Shown: positions 25,759 through 40,096 of the stretch, piece after piece | Numbering within the stretch: position 1 is the stretch's first letter | Layout: every line of letters starts with the position of its first letter | NCBI GenBank assembly: GCA_016748015.1 | Contig: JAAOMT010000523.1 | Coordinates: 866,156 to 930,155, forward strand | Direction of reading: 5' to 3' | Source: Geosiphon pyriformis uo1 | Taxonomy: Eukaryota; Fungi; Glomeromycota | Length of the DNA stretch: 64,000 bases | The notes under the pieces: model-generated | The model's database searches: none | Told to the model about the DNA's origin: nothing | What the model saw: only the letters and a program-made list of their open reading frames with translations | Program-made: the position numbers and the translations under genes

Positions 25759-26480
25759 ATGGCAGCTCTGCGTCCCTCCACCGGTCCTGCTGCTGGTGGT
25801 CCTAGCAACCCCCATAGCCGAAATAACCCTCCTCACCGAAACAACCCTGTCGTGTCAGCAGACCCAGACCACTCAACAGAAGAGAATCCAGCCGATTTAA
25901 TTGAGATTGTAACTCTCTTCATGTTGGAATGAAATATACAAAGACTTTTCAGACCTTAACTTTGTCTTTTCTAACTGGTTTAGATTCTTGGTCCAAATAA
26001 AGATATGCGGAACATCACTTTCATCATGAAAGATGAAGATCATACACTAGGAAACGCGCTTCGTTATATTATCATGAAAAAGTGAAGACACAAGAAATGG
26101 GTTCGTTTATTTATAATGTTCGGAATTCAATTTTTTACAATGGTTTTGTTGGTACAGTCCCGAAGTCGAATACTGTGGCTATTCTATTCCACACCCCTCC
26201 GAAGCGAAACTCAATATACGAATCCAAACAAAAAGTAAGCAATTTGTAAAAGGAGAAGAAGTTATATTCAATGGCGATTTCTCGATTTGATTTTCAATCT
26301 TAATTGTGGCTTCAAAAGTCACTGATGCTGAATTTTTTGATAGAAACGACAGACGCGGTGGAGGCCCTGAAAAAAGGGCTAAACGATTTAACCAATGTAT
26401 GTGACCATGTTTATGCCCAATTTGTCGATGAAATAGCTGGCGGTCGATACGAGTACGACCCGGAAGCTAAATGGCCTTAA
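25759..26480 (+). CDS. RPC19: RNA polymerase I/III shared subunit AC19 (RPAC2/POLR1D), 4 exons; missed by the ORF track
   Basis: Spliced translation ...[23 protein letters not shown]|[24 protein letters not shown]...[16 protein letters not shown] introns; TAA at 26478-26480. Confidence 0.94.
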
Positions 26481-27399
26481 ATAAAGGGTGGTAAGGGTCT
26501 TTGCGGATGCATTAATTATAGCAAAAAAAAAACATTAGCCAGATTGATGCTTTAGATTCTTGATGAAATTAAAAGGGGGTCAAGAAATGTTGGGTATTAG
26601 GAACGTGAGTGAGTATTTGGGTATTTAGAATCTAATTTCTTTATTATTTTTGAAAATATACAATATAAAGAGAGAAAATTATCTCTGCCCACTCATGCCT
26701 CAGACTTCTTCCCCGAGGTTGGCCAACAGTATTTCTTTATTTTCGTCTTTGATGAATGTTTTGATGTAAATTATAGATATAATGAATAAATAAAAACCAG
26801 TATTAGTCATTTCACAATTAAATAGGGATAAGGTCCCGATCAATAAGTAGATTGTGGCGCGTGGGATGTAGAATTTGGTGAATGAATGTGAAATATATTA
26901 GAGCGAGAATTAGTAAAACTAAAGGAGTTTATAAGGTGCTAAAAATTTCGATCGCGTTCAACTGAAAATCTTTCAGATAACAAAGTGAAAGTACGGAAAT
27001 AAACTCTTCAACCTCCACCAAGCAAATCACCAAACTAAACGCGTTTTTATATGCCACAGATCATACGCGAATTGGGAATTCAAGAGCGAGGGCACCTTAT
27101 GACATAGCAAAGGATATTCATTGCTTTGCATGGGAACTTTGTACCTTATAACATGTCTCCAAATTTATTATACAAATTCTCGATTTTTTGATTAACTGAA
27201 GCATATCTATCTATACCCAATTTTCGGCTTTTCAATTTGACCGATATAGAAGGGTGATTTAAACCCGTTGGTTTAAATTAAGGCGATTTTTAAACGCCAT
27301 CCTACCCGCAATATAAGACGGGGAAATCGAATATTTAAACAAGTACTCGGGATTGCAAAAATCTTTATTCCTAGTTTTTTGGAGGTTCGAATTTTATCT

Positions 27400-28157
27400 T
27401 TACACTCGTTGAAAAAAATGTGATTCTCGAATTTCAGGATCCGCATCAGCATTCGGAGCAACCAATAACCGCTTGATCTCAAGGGATGGGTTCAAGGCGA
27501 ATTTTTTAGCTCTCTCCCATCTCTCAAGGCGTGTAATTCCAATGCATGGACCGAAATCATAATCGAGATCGAAAGCATGCAAAAGCTTCTTTTCTGGGGT
27601 GAGATCCTCATCATGGAAGGCTAAAATCAATTTTATTATACAGATTTCAAACAAATAAAAAATATAAGAATTCACAGCTATCTTTGATGACATACTTAAT
27701 TTTGAGCTATTTTTAGGCTTGATCTTGTATTGCATAGCCTCATCGAAATTATCATTTTCTTCAGGTTTCGTGACTTCATCATTGTTCTAAAAATTAAGAA
27801 AAAATTATTTTGTTTGATTATATAATTTTTAAAAGTTTCTTGATCATCAATTTCGAGCTTACTTCCTAATTTCATTCGGAATACCTTACTAACTTCTAAT
27901 TCAGTTTCAGAGTCGTCTGTTTCGTTAAGATCCAAAGCTTTAAAAACTGTCTCTTCATTGTCTTCAAACTCGTTACTCGTTCTTAAAGCTGTCTGGGCGG
28001 TTCCATCGCGAGGATACTTTTGTTTTTGAGGTGATTTGGGACTGACGGTCTCACCCTCACGTTTTCCAATGGGGATCAGGTCAGTTATTTTTGATTGTAA
28101 TAATTTAGAAGGTTGAAGTTTCTTTTGTGTCTGTGGAAGTGGTTTTTTGGGTGGCAT
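27400..28157 (-). CDS. POLD4: DNA polymerase delta subunit 4 (Cdm1/p12), 3 exons
   Basis: LHAFDLDYDFGPCIGITRLERWERAKKFALNP is the POLD4 signature. The N-terminus has a PIP-like QSKITDLI. Confidence 0.9.
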
Positions 28158-28389
28158 TCTGTGACGATTTTGAAGTTAGAGTGCGTGAAGGGCAAAGAAG
28201 GTATTTCAAGAGAAAACCGGTTCCTAAGTACAATATAAACAATACGTCACAGATAGATTATAAACTCAAGAGCCCCATGAAATCATCACTTGAAATTGTT
28301 TTGATCACAGATTTTAAAATTTTATGGTGAGCCCAAACTAAAATTTTCGTATTAAAATTACCCAGATATTATTTTCATGTTTTCAGTTT

Positions 28390-29307
28390 TTAAAAGAAAG
28401 GTTTCGCACATTTACGATATTCAATCGCTTTGGTTTTAGGACATTGCATCTCCTGCCAAGATACGGGGACCATTGTGATCCCTACAAAAAACATATTTAA
28501 ATAAAGGTGTACAATATATAAAAAACGAGGCTGTTATTACCTGCCACACTTTGAGCATAAATAACGCCCAATTCATTTTTGGCCGTAGATAGATAATAAG
28601 AGCGAGAGTCTCCTAAAGAAATCTTTTTATGAGTCACGAGGACAATATTGAAATCCATATAATAAAGGATGAAGAGGGAATCAGGTTGAGGATACAACTT
28701 CAGCTCTTACAATATCTCCAGGTCGATATGAATCATAAATTTTTGTTTTGTCCTTTTCTGTAGCGCGGATATCTTGTATTCTATAACAAAATAAATTGGT
28801 CATGATGCTTGCCTTCAAATATGTCAATATTGAGTAAAAAATACCGAATAATCCCTTGAAAATCTTCTTTGCATGGTGACTGGCCGACAACCATAATGGA
28901 AACAACAGCCTCTTTAGGTGTTATTCGTATCACTTTTCCGGTTATCTTAAAATTATAAATAATCACAGTTATTCTATAAAGATCAGTTGAATAGAGGTAT
29001 TAAAGGGAGACTTACAATGCTATTAACTTGTGGCACATCCCATCTTTGCTTCTCTCTTATCACACTCAATGTAGGCAACTATTGTTATCCCAAGAAATAT
29101 GGTTTACAGGATTAAATAGAATGTACATTTCAGCTCTATACAATCACCTCTAAATAATTTCACCTTTCCATTTGAAGAAGCTTCTATTAATTTCTGTCCA
29201 ACTAAACTAGCGTAAATATAGTTTCCACGAACATATGTACCAGGTCCTGAAATGAAGTCTTGTGCGATGCCTATCCGCTGTCCCGGAGTTACCAATTGAG
29301 AAGTCAT
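28390..29307 (-). CDS. CSL4: Exosome component Csl4 (EXOSC1), multi-exon
   Basis: MTSQLVTPGQRIG...SGPGTY, FQGIIR|IQDIRATEKDK...SYRPGDIVRAEV|ISLGD...YYLSTAKNELGVIYA, and the C-terminal MVPVSWQEMQCPKT..EYRKCAKP. Confidence 0.95.
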
Positions 29308-29595
29308 TTTTAAATTGAATATAGAAAGAAGCTCGAAATGATAGACAGAGGGGTAATTTAAAAAAACTGTGAATGACTCATTTAAATCCAGTACCATATT
29401 CATCAATATTAGTTGATGGTTTATTACCTTATATAGAAATACTGATATTTTTCTCACGGTAAGTTGATTGAATTCGATTACATATAATCAATAATTTATA
29501 AATCAGGACTAGTGCCTTCTCCGATAAATGAACATATTTGACTTTCTTCCATGACCGCCAAGCGTATTGATTTAATCCGAAATCATTTGGCTGGA

Positions 29596-31585
<1,990 letters not shown>

Positions 31586-31832
31586 TTTTGTGGATTGCAT
31601 TTAGGATTTATCGTTTAATTTATGTAATAATATTTAAACATCCTTTTTTACTGATCAAGAAATGATAGCTTTTGTTTTGAATTTCATGAAAATTATAGGC
31701 AAAAAGCCCTTTTTTTATTAAAATAAAATTTGCAATTGGTTTCTCCTCTGAAAATAAAATGTTCATCCAGGACCGGAGTATTGACGGCATTTGTGATCTT
31801 AGCAAGACACGAAGGTAATAAAATCAAAATTT

Positions 31833-34800
31833 TTATATCCTGCCTCTTTTACCATATCGATCTTCGTGATATTCTTCTCTGTCTCGGGAGCGGCTCCTAC
31901 GACGATATGTCCCTGGACTATCTCTATGCCTTTTTTTGTCTTGTCTATCCCTAGATCGGCTATGATGATGACGATGATTTTCATGATGTTCATGATCATG
32001 TCGGTGACGAGTACTACTACTTTTCTTTCGCGATGATGATGAATGATAACTACTTCTCTTTCGAGATCGCATACTCTTTTTAGCGTAACGATCTTTTGAC
32101 GATGAATGTCCATGCCTTGAACGCAAAGGTCTCTCCTCTCTCTCTGGAGATCCGTGTCGATGATGGCGATGAGACCTACTGCTATCGCGACGTTTAGAAG
32201 ATGAGTGGCGCCTTTTTTCAGGTGAAACAAAGGGTGAAGAGGGTCGTTCTTCAATTGGAGAAGGTCGAGATTCATGTTCATCTTCACTTGTTGAAGATTC
32301 GTCCTCTTCATTGATCGATACATCAACAACATCGACAGCATCCTCAACAGCAGATCTGTTGTCCTCGTGAACACTAGATAATGATCGTGGAGTTCTTGAG
32401 CGAGAACGACGTTCTCCGTTAGGAACCTCTTCTAATTGAGGTGATAAACTACGTCTATCATATTCCAATTCTACAACGGTATTGCGTAATACAACATCCG
32501 GACTAGGTAATTGGCCTGAGGGGGACTTTCGGGTATCATCGTCATCCCTTTCAAGGCGAGGCGATGCAGACTGTGATCTAGTAGGCACTTTTTGAAGTTC
32601 TTGTTCTTTTGTTAAAGATATATTAATTATTTCTTGTGGAGTTTCATTTATAAAAACTCTTCTTTCGTCCTTTGATTCTTCGATTGGCTGAACACGGGTT
32701 TCTTCACGTCTTACAATAGGTGTTTCATGTGGAGCGTCTCTCCTGTCAACGAATTCACGTCTGTGAGATCTAGAGTCATATAATGTTTCATGCTTTTCTT
32801 CCCTCCGGTGACCCATTGAATAACGCCTTTCATCTTTGGCGTATGAATCACGTTCTTGACTATAACTTTGACGTCTTGAATATGAGGGCAACTTACGCCT
32901 TTCATCAGGTGATTGTCCATATCTATTTGGGGAACGACTTTCATGATGACGTCGCGAAGAGCGATGGGAACGAATAGGACTTTTTCGAGACCTATCTTTG
33001 CTTCTACTTCTACTTTTGCTCCTATATCGATTTTTACTTCGGCTACGACTTCTACCACTAGGTCTTCTATCATCAATCACTTCGCCCCTAAACTCCCTTT
33101 CGCGCCTTTCATGATCAGATAAGCGAGAAGGAGATTTTTTATTATGAACCTCCTCTTTATCCGAAAGCCGTGAGGCAGACGATATGCGTCTAGGGATATC
33201 ACGTCCAAAATCATCTACTAATCTGTCCTTTTCATATTTAACTTCACCTTCCCGGAAATCGCTTCTTTCTTGTCTACAAGTAATTTAATCTCGTGAGATA
33301 TTGAACCCTGTTGAAATAAGGAAGGAATCCCATAGATTTTAAATAATTTCTACTAACCCTTCTCTGCCTTTTCTACGTCCTATTGATGATATGACACTGT
33401 CTTCTCTTCGTAATTCGCCTCCACGCCCAAATTCAAAAGGTGGACGATCGTTATGATATGTCCCACTACCTCTTCCTCGACCACGACCTCGAACACGAAA
33501 ATTTCCACGATAGTTACCACCGCCAACACTATTGCCCCTGAAGGGAGGCATTCCGCCATCACGGCCTCCCATCATGTTTCCGCCCAAATTACCAAAAGGC
33601 GTAAAATTATTCTGGTGATGTTGGGGGATTGGTGTATCCCAAAACTCACCATACATCGGTCTGAAAGTCGGCATGAACGGTAGGTGTGGGGGAAATTGGT
33701 CAGCTGGATAGAAACCCGAATCGAAGTAATTTTGGTCGTAAAAAGAAGGTCCATTCATCATATCCATGTCCATGGAAGGATATCCTAAATATTAAGAATC
33801 CATAAAATGATCTCAATGAAAGGCAGAAAATAAAACTCATCCAATAAATAATGGTTGTTCTTACCATCATCATACCAATACCCTTGATCTTGATCTTGAT
33901 CATAACCAAATGTATTGTAGCTGTCATAATACTCAGCCCCAAATTGACCATATCCTTGGTGCGCGACCGCGGGTGTATTGGGACCAAAAGGTTTACCGTT
34001 CGTGTTGTGCGAGAAGCCCTCATTTTGGTGATATTGCTGATGTAATGGAATTTCCTCATATTGCTGGTATTGGGATTTAGGAAATTGCGGTTGATGTGGC
34101 ACGTTTTGGGACATTGCGCGTGGAGAGCCTTGATCTTGCATAGTATGTTCGGATGTTTCAGGAAGTTCAATCTTTGTCCGCCCAAAGGAAAATTTTGTGA
34201 GGCCATTCAGATTCATAATAGTTTTTACGCAAAAAAATCTCTTACCGCTGATGAATTGTCGTTAGATGGCACTTTAGTTGCCGATTCAGGAAATTCAACT
34301 GATTGTTCCTGAACATTTTTGATAATTATGTTTTCCTCTTTCACTTCTTCCTGAATAACAGGTTCAACCACAGTTACCCCCCTCTCGGCTTCATCCTTCA
34401 AGCCAGGAGTAGGGGGTATCTGATTTCTGCGACGCGCCCAATCTCTCAAATGATCCTCAACAGCTTCGCGCGATCTTTTATCAGGCATCAGTTCGTCCGG
34501 GACCAATTGATTCCCACAATTAGGGCATTTGAAGTGTTGCAGTCCTTGCTCAGGATTAATCAAGGCGTGACGAATACCTATATTTTAATATTATGAAGAG
34601 CCATTTTTCCCGACAATGTTAAATTAAAAGTGAAAGGGCAATATCTTTGTTAGTGGATATTGACCTAGAGTAAATCTTAATGGTAGGGTAAAAGGGAAAT
34701 TTTAACAATTAAAATTGTCTTATTATGAGTTAGTTTGGAGGCTTAAGAAAAAACATGCAAGGCTATTATCGAGTCAGATACTCTTGCACTATTATGCAAA

Positions 34801-36658
34801 ACTTCAATAGCAAACCATGCTCTTTTCGCGACTCTGAGTGGATTCAACAATAGGCGTAAAACCCTGGACATCATCTGGATCCAAAGACTTGACGAAGCGG
34901 GGAATCAAAAGTTGGGAATGATACAATTTCATTCAACTTACCTAACCTCTGGAGAGGTTAGCAAAGTTGTTAATCCAGAAATAATTCTATCTAAGGGAAG
35001 GGCAATTTTCTTTTCAAGGAAGTTTGAACGATAGTTTAAAGCTTCATACAAACTCGTTTAACTATCCCTCTGGTGATCCTTGAATCTCCCAAAAAATACA
35101 ATAAAGAATATATTTATTGTGCAACGAATGTGTCGTAAGCACGAAAAATTAAATGCAAGTAAAATGGGGAAATTTTTTCCAAAAATAAAGAAATTTGATA
35201 AAACCCCTATTCTACCATTTCTACTTTGGCTATGACAAACATCTAAGAAATGCCGTCCTTGTGGACAACAATAATGATACGTACATTCATCACAATAGGA
35301 GGCCTGACAACACGGTGTCGTTACGGCTTCTTTCAATAAGCCTGTACAAATTCGACACTGTAGCTCTTCTGGAATTGGAAGGGTGTCATGAAAAGCATCA
35401 TTCGATGTCACATAGGATTTTTGTCGCTCATGGAATTTTTGCCATTCAGCGCTGTTAAGAATGAACATTGAATTCAATTAATTTCAGATGAATATTGACT
35501 ATATCCTAAATAATAAATAGAATATTTATACATACTCATTAGCTTGGGCAATAACTAAATTTCCGTCATGAGTGACCAAAGCACCTTTCCCCACAGGAAT
35601 TTGTTCCACTTTTTGCAAAAAAATTTTCGGAATACCAGTTGTCCGTTTGAGCTTCATCGTGTCGAATGATCTATCTCCATTTGTTGGGCAAAATGAAATG
35701 TAATGCCCTAATTTGAATAAAGCTCACATTGATTAAAAATATTGTATTTCTTCACGTGAAAGGAAAAAATTTTGAGATTTACCTTTTTGGCCGCATCTAA
35801 AACAAACATAATTATCCGGTGGAGGTCTAGATTGTTGTGAGAGCGTTTGTAAGTTTGGCCTAACAGGAGGACGATTTTGATTGAATTTTCTAAACGGAGC
35901 TCTTACAAAGAAAAAAAGAAAAATGTGTAAAACAATATTGCTTCCCGAATTCTATTAATGGTGTGCAAAGAAAGCTTACGCGGCCATCTGTTCTTGAGTT
36001 TTCTCCCAAAACTCAGTTGTCTGCTGAAACATTGCTTTTATTTTGTCTTCCTCAGTTTGTTCCCCATTATTATTTTGGACTCCGGTTGCAAGAGGAACTA
36101 ATGATTCTGCTTGCTTTAATGGTTCGAAAGTTTTAGATATAGAGCTACGGTGGTAGAGAAGATCATTGAATAAAATGCGGTGAGAATAGAGCGACATCCA
36201 GAGGGTATTTACCCATTCATGACATTGTTGTTTCGTGCATTACTAGCAAAATTACGCTGTGGAGGTGGCCGAGATCCTTCTAAATAAAGATGAGCTGTTC
36301 CTTTTCCTGGCTTTGTTGGCACACGTTTTACTACTATGGGTGTGTTACGCGGTATTAATACGTTGTCATCAACATAATCTAAATAGGTCAAAGAATGAGA
36401 AATTTTTAAATGGTTCTTACAAATCTTCAATATGGTTTGAAATTGGAAGGGCAATAGAAATTAGATCAAAGTTTGATAGATAGTATCCTTGCCTTCCCCA
36501 GATTCTGCATGAGAAACAACAATGTCGAAGTCATTCCCTTTCAATTTTTTTGCTGTTAGGATCTCTTTCTTGGCATCAAACACAGTTATTCCAAGCCCAT
36601 CGAAAGTGAGATTATCAAAGTCTTTGGCACTCTTAAATTTATAATAAATCTGTGACAT
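31833..36658 (-). CDS. MPE1: Mpe1/RBBP6 cleavage-polyadenylation factor: DWNN, zinc knuckle and RING domains plus long RGG/RS-rich tail, multi-exon
   Basis: MSQIYYKFKSAKDFDNLTFDG (DWNN), YVCFRCGQK|..HYISFCPT (CCHC), LKRTTGIPK, CRICTGLLKEAVTTPCCQASYCDEC...CPNC (RING), and an RS-repeat C-terminus. Confidence 0.92.
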
Positions 36659-36968
36659 GCTCTACGACGAATCCTCCAGGCTGAGACTTAACACAGTAGG
36701 GTCAGGTATAATGTTTAATTTATACGAAGGCAAATCAGGCCTGGGAAAAGCTGTTGCCCGAGAAGGCTTAGAAAAGATAATTGATATCGGATTAATTGAA
36801 AAAAACTTTAGGATGATTGCGTCATGCTACCAGCCTGAATAACCAGTTTAAACTTGATGTTTCACGTGATATTGAGAATCTACGTGCGTCATAACAGTTT
36901 TGTCTTATTATTAATACATTCTCCCAGTGATTATTTAAAGTATATGGGGCGTGCTGCAACAAAACCAT

Positions 36969-37001
36969 GTGACGTCGATTCACATTCACGCGTCACGCGT
37001 G
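36969..37001. promoter_or_regulatory. Tandem ACGCGT (MCB) boxes plus a TGACGTC CRE-like site in the divergent promoter between MPE1 and the 37.2 kb gene
   Basis: ACGCGT at 36988-36993 and 36995-37000; tgacgtc at 36970-36976. Confidence 0.4.
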
Positions 37002-37217
37002 TAATTCTTTTTCCCTCACCTACATTTACTCTGACCAGCATCTACCGATTGTTTGGTGGCAAAAGGCACTCTGTTATAGAACAACCCCTTCAAGGTAGAT
37101 ATAACCTGCCGAGTCCTTGTTTTTCTTCGCGATTCTTTGCACCAGCCTCGATTTCTGCTAAGTTTCTTGGACAATAATTTTTTTCGTTTTGCATCTCAGT
37201 CTCGCCCAAAGTTAAGC

Positions 37218-40096
37218 ATGTCATATTTTACTGAAACGGAAGTCCCCGAATGGAGATGCGACGATGCTATTCAATCATACCAAAAAGATTTTCCACAGTA
37301 TGTCCTGAAGCAAATTCTTGATGCGATAAAAAAGGACCTTAAGAAAATGGCAAACTCTTCTACTGATCAGCACCGAAAAAGTCGAGCACAATGGATACTT
37401 GACAACTGGCAGGTTGGTTGTTACTAAGTGTTGAGTTGAGAGGGATAAAGCCTCATTTGGCTAAAGAAGGCAAAAAGGCGAGATATGGCCAAGCTGGAAC
37501 ACTCTTAGTCGCCCGGTGATGAACTCTTAGTTCGTGCCAATCTTAGCTGCCTTTGGCGTAAAGCTGGAACACTCTTAGTCGCCCGGTGATGAACTCTTAG
37601 TTCTACGCTCCCTCTCAATTTTATATTCTGGCCTTTGCAATTCGCTGAATTATCTCTGTCAAGAAATGGGTAGGATTGGTGAAGAAGTTCGACAAGCTCG
37701 CTAAAGTCAACAACCAATTTCAAATACTACAAGTAAGTTTGGATGAGATTTTTGATCAGGGCAGCAAGATACTGACTTTACTTTTTTTTTTTTTAAAAAA
37801 AAAAAAAAGACGCAGCAGCACATACAGGCAACGCAGAAGGCGGTCGAGTAGGTCAACGTTATTCAGGAAACCCTTGTCATTGCCTCAAAAAATGCGGTGA
37901 GGGAGTAAGGACGTGAATGTGAGGAGAACTATAGAGAACTTCCATCAACTCCAACAAAAAAGGTACGACAGGTCGATGTCCCTTCATGTTGATAATTCTT
38001 CAACTATCACTCATTTACTATTGCATCGTTCTACAACTTGTAAAGAAGGTGGGGAACTCTGGAACCATCACTAGCGAAGTCTTGGGTGTTCAATTGCCAA
38101 AGAGATCTTTCGAATACTCCAGAAACGAAAAGGAACAAGGGCAAATGAGAAAGGTTCGACGTACGGAGGAAATAGCAGAGGAGATGCAGGTGAACGTTCA
38201 AGTTTGTTACCTTTTGAGTGATTATTGATTTGGCTTGTACATGAATTTATCTCTTATTTTCACGTTTTAGGAAGAGCAGCAGGAAGACGAAGAAGAGCGA
38301 GATCCTGTAGACAATACACTCCTCAAGTGGGAGTTTGATTCATCTATGCCAAATTGGCTAATCAAGTTTGCTCAGAGTCATTTCTCTCTCGTATCCAGTG
38401 CAAATCAATCAGAAGCAATGACAAAGTAAGCACTGATTTGTTCACTTGTTTTTTGTATCTGTTCCTGGCGGACTTTATTGTAATTCTCTATTCCTATAAC
38501 AGGGCGTTGTATTGGAGGATCGTCGATGCATCGAACCCCGCTGTGATTTCCGAATTTTCATCAGAGGAGTTTGAAGAATTAAATGCCATATTTGCTTCCA
38601 CATTCAAACGCGGGGGCTCGAAAGAAAACTTGGAACCATCTGCGGAAAGATGCCTTCAAATACTCGACAAGGTAAAATGGTGATATGAAAGAATCTGTTG
38701 TAAATTCTCGATCTTGCTAATATGTACTTTGGTTCTTCAGCTTGACTGGGAGCAGTTGAAATTTATTGGTAGTCTTGTCAAGGTTAAAGGAATCCAAGGA
38801 GCAGTACAAGAGGTTCGAAAGTTATCGAAGGGTTTCGAAAACAAGAAACATGATCAAGGTTTGTTTGATGATGAAGTAGATGAAGTACCAGCTTTGCTTG
38901 GCGATCTACTAGAGGAAGACTGCCTAGAGGATGATGTCGGCTATATTTTTCAATTACTCTGCTATGCGTAAGTTGATTTCATCTGTGCTCTTATGACATA
39001 AAACTTTGATTAATATTTTCATTACCATTTCGATAGATGCGAGTGGATCAAGAAATCGATCCCTCAGCGACACAACTCTGAGCGGGATGTAGATATGTTT
39101 GTCAAATCTCACATCTTCTCCTGCTTGGATGGTATTACCGATCAACACTTGTGAGCGCCATTTTCCCTCGTTGTGTTTGTCGATATTGTAATTGGTACTT
39201 ATATTTTGACTTGATTAGTGGTAAAATGGTATCTCGGGCATCACGAGATCGCCGGGCGAATGCTTTAGATTCGCCCGACAACACTGAAGGATACCATATA
39301 GACTGGATGTTCACGGTATGTTCAATACTTCAAAATCCTTTTTATTTTCCGTAACGTCCTGTTAAAGGAATTTCTCTGGCAGCGCCATGATCTTTCGAAT
39401 GAGGCTTGGGGTCAAGAATTTTCCATGTGTGAACGCGCGGGATCCAAACCCGACAATAAATCGAAGATTTTGTTGGACACGCTCCGAGTTCAGAAGACCA
39501 TGCGGGATATGCACAGAGCTCTAACTGGGAACATTTTCGCGGCTGGCAATGGAGCAGTCTCGAAACCAGTATTGAATGCGTTCACGAAACTCTTGATGCC
39601 GGGATTTGTTTCTTCTTATTTTTTCATCCGCACAATTCTTGTTGTTTACGTCGGAGCCGGTTTTTACGCATCGATTCAACTGTCGGAATTCAACATTCCC
39701 ACTACCTATGACCAGCTTGGGAACATTGTTAACATTGCACGTGAAATGTTGCGGGTTAAAGTAGGTAACATTTTTCTTCATGGTTTTGCACATTTGAAAT
39801 AACATTTTCTCACCTTATTGCGGTTTTGTGATATACAGAAAATTCTGCGTTCTACAATATCATCATTCAAGGCAATGAAAGCAAGAGCGGATAGAGAAAA
39901 ATTCGAACCAGGAAGAATAAAATTGATCAATAGCCCGCCAGAATTTGGCACGCCAAGCAGAAAGCGTATTTCGAGGAAGGTGAGTTGTCTCACGTATATT
40001 GTATTATACTAAAACCATTCTTAATCGTCTTCCACGAATTCTTCCAAGTTGTCAACCCAAACGGTATCGAAACCGAGCTTGCAGGATTTGATCTGA
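37218..40096 (+). pseudogene. Multi-exon gene of an expanded Glomeromycotina/Mucoromycota family with a C-terminal PD-(D/E)xK (Crinkler-REase-like) domain; carries nonsense mutations
   Basis: N-terminus MSYFTETEVPEW...ILDNWQ|KW. C-terminal motifs SERD, GKMVSRASRDRR, GYHIDWMF, EFSMCERAG and KILLDTLRVQKTMRDMH. In-frame TAG (37849) and TAA (37906) lie in an exon whose splice phases are otherwise consistent. The family assignment is from motif recall only. Confidence 0.6.
37491..37603 (+). repeat. 43-bp direct repeat, 2 copies (70-bp period), inside intron 1 of the 37.2 kb gene
   Basis: aagctggaacactcttagtcgcccggtgatgaactcttagttc at 37491 and 37561. Confidence 0.92.

Noticed and set aside
31730-34600. 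Overlapping alternate-frame and antisense ORFs within MPE1
   Set aside because: Expected shadows of repetitive RS-rich coding sequence, with no domain signal.
34775-34880. Box C/D snoRNA in the long MPE1 intron (ATGATGT...CTGA on the minus strand)
   Set aside because: The C box is imperfect, there is no convincing terminal stem, and I recognise no rRNA guide.
37491-37603. CRISPR-like repeat-spacer-repeat
   Set aside because: Only two units, inside a spliceosomal intron of a eukaryotic gene, with no cas genes.
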